A stretch of 64,000 nt of DNA from the NCBI GenBank assembly GCA_963801355.1, contig CAWDEM010000008.1, forward strand, positions 1,568,001 to 1,632,000, written 5' to 3'. Shown piece after piece: positions 36,252-45,475 of this stretch (the first letter of the stretch is position 1; the number at the start of each line of letters is the position of its first letter). This stretch comes from Ignavibacteriota bacterium. Lineage in GTDB: Bacteria > Bacteroidota > Ignavibacteria > UBA10030 > UBA6906. Below the pieces are notes generated by a model that had not been told where the DNA came from, did no database searches, and saw only the letters and a program-made list of their open reading frames with translations. The translations under genes and the position numbers were made by a program.

Positions 36252-37802
36252 CTACTTGAGCAACAACATCTGCCGGGTCCGGGTCAACGCACCCGCACGC
36301 ACCTGGTAGATGTACATGCCCGTTGACAGGGAGCGTGCGTCAAACGACACCCGGTAGGTGCCCGCCACCTGCTGCTCGTTGACGAGTGATGCCACTTCCT
36401 GCCCCAGCGTGTTGAATACCTGTACCGACACCATCTGCTCGGACGGCAGCGAGTATTCAATCGTGGTGGAGGGATTGAACGGATTCGGATAGTTTTGCTT
36501 CACGGCAAATGCCAGTGGAAGCTCGTTCACCCGCTCTACGGCCGCCGAGGGACTCTTCAGCGAGTTTTCTGTCGAACCTGTCTGGCGCGAGAGAGCCATA
36601 TACATGAATTGGCCGCTCTGCAGTATCTGCGGCGTTGCCGCGTCTGACTCGATGAGCCGCGGGAGACTGTCAAGGGCGGTGAGGTATGGTACGGTGGTCG
36701 GACCGACACCCGTCCATGTGGCTCTGGCGCTGTCTGCGATAGCGACACGCAGGTTGGTATTGCCTGCCGCCACACCGTCGTCCAGGCCATACGACACTGA
36801 GAACTTGTCAAACGTCATCGATGTTGCACCGGACGCGCCCTTGAGATAGGAGACTTTGAAATAGCGGACTTCGGAGACCTTGTCGATGGTCCCGGCAAAG
36901 GCGCTGCTCCCCGGGTTTGCATTCCCGGCAATTGCTTCGACCCGCGCATAATGCCCAGTCGCGATTCCAGACGTTGTGCACCGGACCCTGACGGGTCGAT
37001 ACCCCTTGGCATCGCCAATCTGGAACCACCGATCGGCGCTGCCGCTGTTGGTCATGCCGCGCCCCATGGCACCCAGGACATAGCTTGTGTCAGAGCCACC
37101 AATGACAATGGCAGCCGCAGTATAGAGTTGAACCAGAGCGTACGGGCCCGTTTCCACCAACCCCCGTTGGAACACCAGGTCGGGGTTCCCCGGTGGTTCG
37201 CTGCTGCTGCCCCCCGCCATCACCACATCGGACCCCAGGATGACGCGGCCGGTTCCGGACTTGTTGATGGTGAAGCCGTTGAATTCGTTGTTTGTAGTCG
37301 TGTAGGGCCCCATAGTGATGACGTTGTTCCCCGGGCCGACAGCCAGGAAATTCACCACTCCGAGCGTGCCGCCCGCGGATCCCTGGCGCATGTCAAAGTT
37401 GGATCCTGCATTGGTGAGGTTCCCGTACAGGTTGACTTTGTGTACGAGGGATCCGGTGACTGAGCGGCTTTGAACTTTGAAAATGCCATTAGCCTTGACT
37501 TCAAGATTTCCCATGACCGAGAGTGTGGTGGTGTCCACCTTCGAGAACAGAAACACTCCCGATACACCCTGCCCGACCGTGAGGCTATTCACGGTGGCAT
37601 CTTTGGCATCAAACGTCACCGTATCGCCGTCCACAATTGTCACGTTGTCGCTCGGACCGGGGACGACGCCACCCACCCACGTGCTATTCTCACTCCATTT
37701 CCCTTTGGCACCGGCGGAGGAAATGTCGGCAGCCACGGCAGACGCGACCATCGCGCCCGCCAAAAGGATGACAACGATAAGCAATCGTGCCGTGTTGCGC
37801 AT
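36252..37802 (-). CDS. T9SS type A CTD secreted protein of unknown function (G8-like N-terminus, beta-rich)
   Basis: GAGGAGG SD; signal peptide; GKWSENSTWVGGVVPGPSDNVTI; C-terminal QNYPNPFNPSTTIEY...STGMYIYQV...MLLLK. Confidence 0.85.
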   Translation of the reverse strand: MRNTARLLIVVILLAGAMVASAVAADISSAGAKGKWSENSTWVGGVVPGPSDNVTIVDGDTVTFDAKDATVNSLTVGQGVSGVFLFSKVDTTTLSVMGNLEVKANGIFKVQSRSVTGSLVHKVNLYGNLTNAGSNFDMRQGSAGGTLGVVNFLAVGPGNNVITMGPYTTTNNEFNGFTINKSGTGRVILGSDVVMAGGSSSEPPGNPDLVFQRGLVETGPYALVQLYTAAAIVIGGSDTSYVLGAMGRGMTNSGSADRWFQIGDAKGYRPVRVRCTTSGIATGHYARVEAIAGNANPGSSAFAGTIDKVSEVRYFKVSYLKGASGATSMTFDKFSVSYGLDDGVAAGNTNLRVAIADSARATWTGVGPTTVPYLTALDSLPRLIESDAATPQILQSGQFMYMALSRQTGSTENSLKSPSAAVERVNELPLAFAVKQNYPNPFNPSTTIEYSLPSEQMVSVQVFNTLGQEVASLVNEQQVAGTYRVSFDARSLSTGMYIYQVRAGALTRTRQMLLLK

Positions 37803-37847
37803 AGCAAACCCTCCTCAGTATTGAATGAAATACGAGACAGACGATAA

Positions 37848-39296
37848 CTAGAAATTCAGCGATGTTTCAAGGACCACGACATGATGAGACAACGTGTTCG
37901 TATTCACATTGGTTTCCCAGAGATCCTGGTATTTCAGATGCTGGTATTCGTACGCCAGGTCAACACCGATAGCTCCAAACCGCACGCCAACCCCGCCGGT
38001 GTATGCCGAGCCGCTCACCGGATCGCCGATCAACCCTGCATTCTCGCCGCCGAAGGACGCGACCTCCTCCCGGTAGCCCACGCGCAGGAGAAGCCATTCG
38101 GACGCCGCGTATTCCACCCCCGCCCGCAATGACTTGCTTCCCACCCACGGCCTGAACGTCGTGTCTGCGCCGGCATATTCTGCATCGCCGAGCTCGCGGA
38201 TGATGTAATCGACCCCGATGCTCAAGCGCGCGCTGGGCATCAACACGCCGCCGAACGAATAGTTCGCCGGCAGCTTCAGCTTGTCTGAACCGCTTTTCGT
38301 CACTGTCGTCGATGACCCCGTCGTATCATGGTCCAGGATTTGATCCCATGTGCGGGTCACCGTGGCGGGCAGCTGCACTGCGGCACCGATACTGAAATGC
38401 GTATCCCGGTAGAAGACTCCCAGGTTCGCAATGAGACCCGAGTATGTTGACGCAGTTCGTGACGAAACCCGGTTGAACACGGAGTCATTGCGCACGCGGT
38501 AGACGGCATCGAAGACGAGCCGGCCACGATCACGCCATGCCTCTGTGTCATCGGATGAACCGGTCAACACCGACACTCCCACACCCACACTCAAGTCGTC
38601 CAGCGGCTGTATGGCAACCGCCGGAGTGATGCCGTAGATGGCGCCTTTTCGGTGCACAGTAGTGGCATACCACCTCGCCACCAGTGTGTCGACCCCTTTC
38701 AGAACGGGCATAGGCGACGGGCGGTAGTCGCCGATGTTCGGCGACATATTATTGTTGTTCTGATAATAATAATCAAGATTTGTGGCTTCGGCAAATCCTA
38801 TTCCTGCGACACAGCGGACATCGCCGAACAACGTGAAGGGCAACGCGGCCGAGATCGTGGCCGGGCGGAGGATGGATCGCGTGGATGACCAGTTCGGTAC
38901 GAGATCGTCATAGGGCACCTGGAGTTCATCAGCCGGATTGACGACCACCGGGGGTTTTATCCCGCCCGTCAGATTCTCCATCAGGAGGCTCAGGTTGGGG
39001 TAGAACCGGTTCGGGATCCATTCCTGGGTCTGGTCGGCGGTACTGCTGTAGAGGGTTGCGCCGAGGCGCACCTCGGGCATCTGCAGCTGCATCAACGCGG
39101 CCGGATTGCTGAAGAGCGCGGTGGCGTCATTGGACAGCGCTATCGAGGTCCCACCCATTGCAACCGTTCGTGCGCTGCGAACGGAACTGTGTTCCATCCC
39201 CTGGAACGAGAGCGGATGATAGGTTCCCTGCGCCGCCACGAGAATGGGAAACACGAAGAGCAGTGCCCCGAGCGAGAGTGTACGTTGAGTCTTCAT
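37848..39296 (-). CDS. FadL/PorV-superfamily outer membrane beta-barrel
   Basis: Signal peptide then Gln; SARTVAMGGTSIALSNDATALFSNPAAL; amphipathic strands; terminal Phe. Confidence 0.8.
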   Translation of the reverse strand: MKTQRTLSLGALLFVFPILVAAQGTYHPLSFQGMEHSSVRSARTVAMGGTSIALSNDATALFSNPAALMQLQMPEVRLGATLYSSTADQTQEWIPNRFYPNLSLLMENLTGGIKPPVVVNPADELQVPYDDLVPNWSSTRSILRPATISAALPFTLFGDVRCVAGIGFAEATNLDYYYQNNNNMSPNIGDYRPSPMPVLKGVDTLVARWYATTVHRKGAIYGITPAVAIQPLDDLSVGVGVSVLTGSSDDTEAWRDRGRLVFDAVYRVRNDSVFNRVSSRTASTYSGLIANLGVFYRDTHFSIGAAVQLPATVTRTWDQILDHDTTGSSTTVTKSGSDKLKLPANYSFGGVLMPSARLSIGVDYIIRELGDAEYAGADTTFRPWVGSKSLRAGVEYAASEWLLLRVGYREEVASFGGENAGLIGDPVSGSAYTGGVGVRFGAIGVDLAYEYQHLKYQDLWETNVNTNTLSHHVVVLETSLNF

Positions 39297-40336
39297 GGCA
39301 TCAGCACTCCCAGACTGATGCGATGCACTCTGGCCAGATAGTCCCCCATCGAACCGTAGCTGTAATCGAAGGCAAGCGTGACGCCGCCGATTCCGGTCTT
39401 CACGCCGGCTCCCAGCGTCAGCCCGTCGTTGTCATAGTTCGACTTGTAGCCCGCACGGAATGCTACGACTTCCTGAAACGCGTACTCCATTCCGAAGTGC
39501 ATCTGCTGCGCGTAGTCGTTGGGTTGATGGATATCGTATGCCACCGTCACCCGGTTCTCTCCGGACGGCACGAAAAGCCCGTCGGGGCCCATGATATCGG
39601 CAGCGGCACCGAGCCGGAATGTGAGCGGTGCGGGGTAGTCCTCCTTCGCGAACCGCACCTGGGACCCGAAATTCTGCACCGCGGCGCCGATCCGGATGGA
39701 CCGGAAACCGGTGTTGTACGTGATCCCGAAATCGAACAGCCACACACTCGCATACGTCTTATACTCCTCCGATGCACCCGTCTCGGGGTTTGTCACCGAC
39801 AACGCGCCGCCGCTGTACAGTGATTCGCGGACATATTTCACGGTCAGTCCGGCCGAAAATGCCTCCGTCAACTGACGCGCAAAGGAGAGCCCGAACAGGT
39901 ATGTGCTGGGAGAGAAGGTGTTGCCCGTCAGGCCCGGATTGTACACCTGATTGCCGGCCGGGCCGACAAACTGGAGCTGATCCACGCGGGTTTCCTCGAT
40001 CGTTCCGAAATCGACATACTGGATCTGCATGCCGATCGTGCCGATATCTTCGATCGGCAACGCATAGGCCAGAGCGCCCTGCTTCGTATCGAACAGCCAG
40101 AGCGTCAGCGTGCTTACCACCTCGTGCCGGTTACCGACCGTCAACCCCGCGGGATTCCAGAACACCGCGTCGGCTCCCGCCGGGAGCGCGGCAAATGCTT
40201 CGCCCATGGCGGTCGCGCGCGCGGTCGGCATCACCTTCAGGAACTGCAGGGACGACGTGCCCACCTTCTGCGCGGGGGCCTCGCTGCCCACGACGAGGAG
40301 CAGCGCCACCATCAGTACACTCATCCATCGATGCAT
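39293..40336 (-). CDS. PorV/PorQ family outer membrane protein
   Basis: GAGGAGG SD; APA-QKVGTSSLQFLKVMPTARATAMGEA...AVFWNPAGL; C-terminal FDYSY...HRISLG. Confidence 0.85.
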   Translation of the reverse strand: MHRWMSVLMVALLLVVGSEAPAQKVGTSSLQFLKVMPTARATAMGEAFAALPAGADAVFWNPAGLTVGNRHEVVSTLTLWLFDTKQGALAYALPIEDIGTIGMQIQYVDFGTIEETRVDQLQFVGPAGNQVYNPGLTGNTFSPSTYLFGLSFARQLTEAFSAGLTVKYVRESLYSGGALSVTNPETGASEEYKTYASVWLFDFGITYNTGFRSIRIGAAVQNFGSQVRFAKEDYPAPLTFRLGAAADIMGPDGLFVPSGENRVTVAYDIHQPNDYAQQMHFGMEYAFQEVVAFRAGYKSNYDNDGLTLGAGVKTGIGGVTLAFDYSYGSMGDYLARVHRISLGVLMP

Positions 40337-40350
40337 GGTGTTGATCCTCC

Positions 40351-42564
40351 TCAGTGAATGATGACAAATCGACCGCTGGTACGGGTGCCATCCGGCGTTT
40401 CCACCACGTAGAAGTACACCCCCGATGCCATCACCTGATTGTTCCGTGTCACTTGCATATACTCCGTGGAATACAGTTCGTTGTCGTGCACAATTGTCTG
40501 AACGAGCTGCCCGCTGTACGAGATCACGCGGATGGTGCAATGTTTGGGAAGATTATAGAATCCGATCTTCCCTCCCGCATCGCCACCGGTGCTTGTTGTG
40601 CCGCTGAAGCCGGACCGCACCACAAACGGATTGGGCACCACGTGGACCGTCCCCAGCGTTTCCGTGCCGCCGATCTGCGTCTGATGCAGGGTGAGGTTGC
40701 TGCGGCCGCTCCGGTTCCCGGCTCCATCCACCGAAACCACGCTGTAATAGAACGACTCGCCCACACGCGTCCCCGCATCGACAACCTTGTAGACGCCGTT
40801 CTTGAAGTAACGCACATCGCCCACCCTGATGGAATCAGTCCGCGTCCAGGGTCCCAGCGGGTGGCTGGCCTTGCTGAGCTCGTAATGGTGCAGGGGTGAC
40901 AACAGGCGGGGAACGGAGAATGATTCCACCTGCGGCCCCCAGACAATTTCGTTCTCCGCACTGGATGTGTTGCTGACGGTAATCGCAGGCGCAGGCACGG
41001 TGATGGCGACCTTGTACACCCCGCGGTCGGGCGAACGCTCGGGCCAGTACTGAGACGTGTCGTAGTCCATCAAGGCCTGGCCGGTATACATCTCGATAGC
41101 GCGGTCGGCCACTTCACGCACGGTGACGGTGTTGGAATTGACATACTGGGGAAGCGGCGCGATGCTGAGATAGTTGCTCCCGTGTTCGTACGCATTGCCG
41201 TTTACGCCCCCGTAGGTGCGCGGCTGGTACCAGTTCGGCACCGGGTTGAATGCGTTGGAAGCGGGCGATGTGGGTTCGCCGCACAATTCTCCGCAACTCC
41301 CTCCCTCGTCTTTGAGCCCGGCCACCGACTCCTCAAGGCGCGCTGCGCCGTAGCCCACCACTTCGGCAACGGCAAAACGGATCTTCTCACCATGGTTCAG
41401 AATGTACGGGCCGAAGCCGAGGATGTGCCCCGTTCCGAATTTCTGCGAGTGACGCCAGTTGTAGCTCCCGCGGCCCACCCAGTCGGGTCCGAATGCGTTC
41501 ATGTCCCGGTAAGGGTTGTTCTTCCTCGTCTGTATCACATCCAGGTATGGTTGTATCTTGGGGATGGTGAAGTTGATGGTCTCCATCCGGTTGAGCCATG
41601 GTTGCTTGAGGTGCCCGTTTGCGTCCCACACTCTCACGGAGTCCGTTTCCGCCACATTGGCCAGCGTGTTCCCCTTCCGGGCGAGGTGCGTCGTGTCGTA
41701 GTACAACGGGAAAAATCCGGGTGCCTGGGGAGACAGGAGCCCGCCGCCGAATTTCTGGCTCGCAGTCCATTCTGCGAAATATTTCGCATCGGGCTTGCCG
41801 TCACGGTCGAGATTATAGTTCATCCAGCGGCGCCTGTCGAACCGTGGGAACTGGTCAAGGGAAGAGTAATCCGTGCCATCCCACCGGTTGAATTTCCGCT
41901 CATACCCGAACATTGACGGGCCGAACCCGTAGGCAAACGCGACGATCACGTCGGTGAGCGGGAGAAGATTCGCCGGCGTGCCGGCGTCGCCGTCAACATC
42001 ACCCGTCGCTTCGATTTCATATTCGTAAATGATGAAATCGTCGTAGTCGGGCAGACTCCAGGCCCGGCTTGTCCGGGTTACGGTAAGCCCGATATTGGTG
42101 CCCCACTGGGAGATGATGATTTCCTCGGCTTCATCCGGTTTGTAGGAGGGATTGAGTCCCCCGTCGGCGAGTACCGGAAAATTTTCAAACCGTTTCACCA
42201 TCACGGGGAAGGCAAACCTGCCCGCCACCGGTTCGTTGTTCGCCGCCCCGCAGTACGAGAATAACCGTGCGGAGGTGTCGCTCCGGCTCACCGAGAAATA
42301 GACACCTCCCCCGAACGAGTTGTACTGGCCGTTGTAGGACACCCCGTCCACGACGGCATCCGAAGGAGAAGGCCACTCGCAGCTCGGCACTCCCCGGGCG
42401 CTGCCGCCCGTGCCGCCGTCATAGGCGCGCCCGATTTCCCCCGTGTTGAAAATCGTCTCCCGCAGCATGCCCCTGCGGTGAACAGCAAAGTCCCGCAACT
42501 GGGCCTCCGCTTCACCGGCAAGGATCAGGCAGGCAAGAAGACTCAGGACAAGTGTTGTTCTCAT
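40351..42564 (-). CDS. Secreted protein with Fn3-like domain and variant T9SS CTD, TBDT-associated
   Basis: SPI signal AEA-Q with no lipobox at the cleavage site; YYSVVSVD Fn3-like strand; CTD VVPNPF...FYNLPKHCTIRVISYSGQLV...ASGVYFYVV...GRFVIIH. Confidence 0.8.
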   Translation of the reverse strand: MRTTLVLSLLACLILAGEAEAQLRDFAVHRRGMLRETIFNTGEIGRAYDGGTGGSARGVPSCEWPSPSDAVVDGVSYNGQYNSFGGGVYFSVSRSDTSARLFSYCGAANNEPVAGRFAFPVMVKRFENFPVLADGGLNPSYKPDEAEEIIISQWGTNIGLTVTRTSRAWSLPDYDDFIIYEYEIEATGDVDGDAGTPANLLPLTDVIVAFAYGFGPSMFGYERKFNRWDGTDYSSLDQFPRFDRRRWMNYNLDRDGKPDAKYFAEWTASQKFGGGLLSPQAPGFFPLYYDTTHLARKGNTLANVAETDSVRVWDANGHLKQPWLNRMETINFTIPKIQPYLDVIQTRKNNPYRDMNAFGPDWVGRGSYNWRHSQKFGTGHILGFGPYILNHGEKIRFAVAEVVGYGAARLEESVAGLKDEGGSCGELCGEPTSPASNAFNPVPNWYQPRTYGGVNGNAYEHGSNYLSIAPLPQYVNSNTVTVREVADRAIEMYTGQALMDYDTSQYWPERSPDRGVYKVAITVPAPAITVSNTSSAENEIVWGPQVESFSVPRLLSPLHHYELSKASHPLGPWTRTDSIRVGDVRYFKNGVYKVVDAGTRVGESFYYSVVSVDGAGNRSGRSNLTLHQTQIGGTETLGTVHVVPNPFVVRSGFSGTTSTGGDAGGKIGFYNLPKHCTIRVISYSGQLVQTIVHDNELYSTEYMQVTRNNQVMASGVYFYVVETPDGTRTSGRFVIIH

Positions 42565-42586
42565 GGTACCTGCTCTCCACCATCAA

Positions 42587-45415
42587 CTAAAAGTTCACGA
42601 TGAGGCCGAAATAGATGGAACGCGGCTCGTTGGAATACAGACTGAACGTCTGATCCACCAGGAACGGCGTGAAGTCGTCAAAGTACTGCAGCGTCTCCCG
42701 GGCCGTCTCGTACTTGCGAACGTTCCGGTTGATGTATGAGCTGCCTGTGGCCGAAGTACTCGTCAGGAACACCCTGTTGTAGGAATAGATCTTCTGTTCA
42801 AAGAGATTGAACACCTCCGCGTACAGGCTCAGGTCCACGCCAAGGACATGGCGGAATTTCTTGCTGAGCTTCAGGTTCGTGTTGTATTCCGTCGGTGTGC
42901 GTTTGTTGTTGATGACCCCGAGCCCCTCTTCATCAAACGTGTAGGGCCGGCCGCTCCGGATCGTAGATGTGACGGCAAGGGTAAGATCATCCAGCACTGT
43001 ACTTTCGAAAGACCAGAGTCCCGCTTCGCCCCCGAAATTCATCGTGATGTTTGCCACGAGGTTGTGCGTGCGGTCGAAGTCCAGGGTGATATCCTTCGGC
43101 GTCGGCAGCTCAACCTGGCCGGTTTCGTGGAACGTCGGGGATGCATTGAAGGACGTGCTGCTCTTCCCCGTCGCAACGGAGTAGCTGTAGTTGACGGTGC
43201 CCATCACCCAGCCGCGACGCTTCGCGAGGGAGAGACGGAACCCGCGGATATCCGCATAATCGCGGTTCACGAACGTACTGTACTGTGTCTGCTGGATATC
43301 GTAGAAAAACGCCCGTTCCACAAGATTTTTGACATCCTTGTAATAGCCTGAAACGTCGAGCGTGAATCCTTCGCCCAGTCCCTGCGTCACACCCACGTCA
43401 TAGCTGTTAGTCTCCTGGGCCTCCAGCCGTGGGTTCCCGATCTGCATCCTCGCGAAACCAACCCGCGGCAGCTGGCTGGAAATCGTGTACTGGAATGAGG
43501 GCCGTTGCACAAACGAACCGTAGTTCAGATGGAAGACGGTCGACACAGACACCGGGAAAGAGATGCCGATGCGTGGCTGGAGCTTTCCCAGCGTGGGCGT
43601 TTTTGCCTTCGCTGCGCGCTCGCGGTCATAGACGATCGTCGAATCGTTGACCATCAAACGGAACGGCGAATAGGGATCCGCATAGTAGTCGGTGTTCTGG
43701 TTCCAGAGATCGAAACGGAGGCCGATGTTGCCGATCATCCCTTCGAACTCCATCTTGTCCTGTACGAACAGACCCAGCTCGAACGGCTGCGCGGAATACT
43801 GTTCGTAGCGCTCACCCCCCGTGGAAGAGAGGTTGGTGCGATTGTCCACGTCGATGGTGTAGGAGTTCAATTGCAGACCGGCAAGCAACAGGTGGGAGGG
43901 AGTCACCTGGCTGGTCAGTGATCCGTCCAGAGACAGTGTACGTGTCTTTTCCGAACGGAAGTCGTTGTCGAATCCCCCCACCACAAACTTGTCGGGCGTG
44001 TTGCCATACGGGTACATCATCAGCTTCGACCAGTCACCCACCCAGCCGCCCGGATCGATGATCGGTGAGCCGTCGCGGTAGTCGGTTGCGAGCCGGTTGA
44101 CCTTCACTTCGTAGAATGTGCTGGGACTCAGGGCGTGGACAAAGCGGACACCGAGCTGCACGGTCTTGTCGTCGCTTGCGCTCAGACCTATGGCGCGATC
44201 CCAGATCCAGTTGTAGAAGCCGGTGGTGCTGAGGGAGCGGAGAAGATTCTCCCGTTTGTTGGCATAGGCGCCGCTGAGACGCAACGACATCCCTTCCCCG
44301 ACATCAAATGCCAGATTGCCCATGAACTGACGCTTCTGGTCGGGTTCGGGTGTCGGCAGGAACAGCCATTCGCTCTCCGTATGTGCCGCAAGAAACAGGC
44401 GCGTGACATCTGAGAGCGGCCCGCCGACATTGAAGTCCGTTGAGTAGTCCCACGTGTTGTTGTACGTACGACCGATGTCGCGGCGGCCCTGCGAGCGCCA
44501 GAGGACATAGGCAATCTGGGACAGCGTGATGGTGTCTCTTCCGAAACGGTTGTCAAACCCGTTGCCGAATGAGCTGTAGTACCGGGTGCCGCTTGATCCC
44601 TCCGAGGAGATATCCGCGCCGAGCCATTTTTCGGGACTGTCCAATAGGGTCAGATACGGATTCGCGACGGGGTCGTACACGTTTGCACCGAAGTGCTTGT
44701 AGCCGGGAAGGCGGGTGCGGAACTCCGAGCGTCCTGCCCATCGGTCACGCCTCCCTTCTTTCATGGAGATGTTCACCACGCCGGATTGCGCATTGCCATA
44801 CTGGGCACCGAAGCCGCTGGTGATCACTTCCACTTCTTCGACGGCACTCATGATCGGTGCGAACGAACTGGCGTTGTAGAGGGGATTCACGATGCCCATG
44901 CCGGCCAGCGTATAGAGTTCCTCTCCTTCACGCCCGCCGCGGAAGTGACCATCCACGACATCGGACGAGAGTGACAACATGTCGGTGAGGTCGCGGATCC
45001 CCGGAGTGAGCAGCACTTCCTCGGCCCGGATGATGTCACTTGTGGAGGTTTTCTCTCGGGCGACGTCTGGACGTTCAGCCGTGATGATCACCTCCTGACC
45101 GACCACGGTCGTCTGCCCGAGACTGAAATTCACGCTGGTGGTACGGTTCACGTTGACGAGGACCCCCCGCTGGGTTACCGTTCCGTATCCGACCATGGAG
45201 GCCGAGAGATCGTAGACGCCGGGAGAGACATTCAGGATGAAATAATTCCCTTCAATGTCGGTCGCGGCACCCATCCTCGTGCCCTTCACTATGACGTTCA
45301 CTCCGGGGACCGGTTCCTTGGAGCCCGCGTCCCTCACGACGCCCGCGATTTTGCCGGCGTCCTGCGCCCACAGCGAAGAGGCGAAGAGCAAAAGACAGGC
45401 AAGCGCTCTCTTCAT
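42587..45415 (-). CDS. TonB-dependent transporter with N-terminal carboxypeptidase-regulatory-like domain (non-SusC type)
   Basis: GKIAGVVRDAGSKEPVPGVNVIVKGT; plug FRGGR...EEVEVITSGFGAQYGNAQSGVVNI; QPRIGISFPV, GNPRLEAQET and terminal PRSIYFGLIVNF. Confidence 0.93.
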   Translation of the reverse strand: MKRALACLLLFASSLWAQDAGKIAGVVRDAGSKEPVPGVNVIVKGTRMGAATDIEGNYFILNVSPGVYDLSASMVGYGTVTQRGVLVNVNRTTSVNFSLGQTTVVGQEVIITAERPDVAREKTSTSDIIRAEEVLLTPGIRDLTDMLSLSSDVVDGHFRGGREGEELYTLAGMGIVNPLYNASSFAPIMSAVEEVEVITSGFGAQYGNAQSGVVNISMKEGRRDRWAGRSEFRTRLPGYKHFGANVYDPVANPYLTLLDSPEKWLGADISSEGSSGTRYYSSFGNGFDNRFGRDTITLSQIAYVLWRSQGRRDIGRTYNNTWDYSTDFNVGGPLSDVTRLFLAAHTESEWLFLPTPEPDQKRQFMGNLAFDVGEGMSLRLSGAYANKRENLLRSLSTTGFYNWIWDRAIGLSASDDKTVQLGVRFVHALSPSTFYEVKVNRLATDYRDGSPIIDPGGWVGDWSKLMMYPYGNTPDKFVVGGFDNDFRSEKTRTLSLDGSLTSQVTPSHLLLAGLQLNSYTIDVDNRTNLSSTGGERYEQYSAQPFELGLFVQDKMEFEGMIGNIGLRFDLWNQNTDYYADPYSPFRLMVNDSTIVYDRERAAKAKTPTLGKLQPRIGISFPVSVSTVFHLNYGSFVQRPSFQYTISSQLPRVGFARMQIGNPRLEAQETNSYDVGVTQGLGEGFTLDVSGYYKDVKNLVERAFFYDIQQTQYSTFVNRDYADIRGFRLSLAKRRGWVMGTVNYSYSVATGKSSTSFNASPTFHETGQVELPTPKDITLDFDRTHNLVANITMNFGGEAGLWSFESTVLDDLTLAVTSTIRSGRPYTFDEEGLGVINNKRTPTEYNTNLKLSKKFRHVLGVDLSLYAEVFNLFEQKIYSYNRVFLTSTSATGSSYINRNVRKYETARETLQYFDDFTPFLVDQTFSLYSNEPRSIYFGLIVNF

Positions 45416-45475
45416 ACGGCAAACCCTTTCGCAAAAGGTAAAGATGATGCAACGAAGGAACTTCCGGGCACGCGT

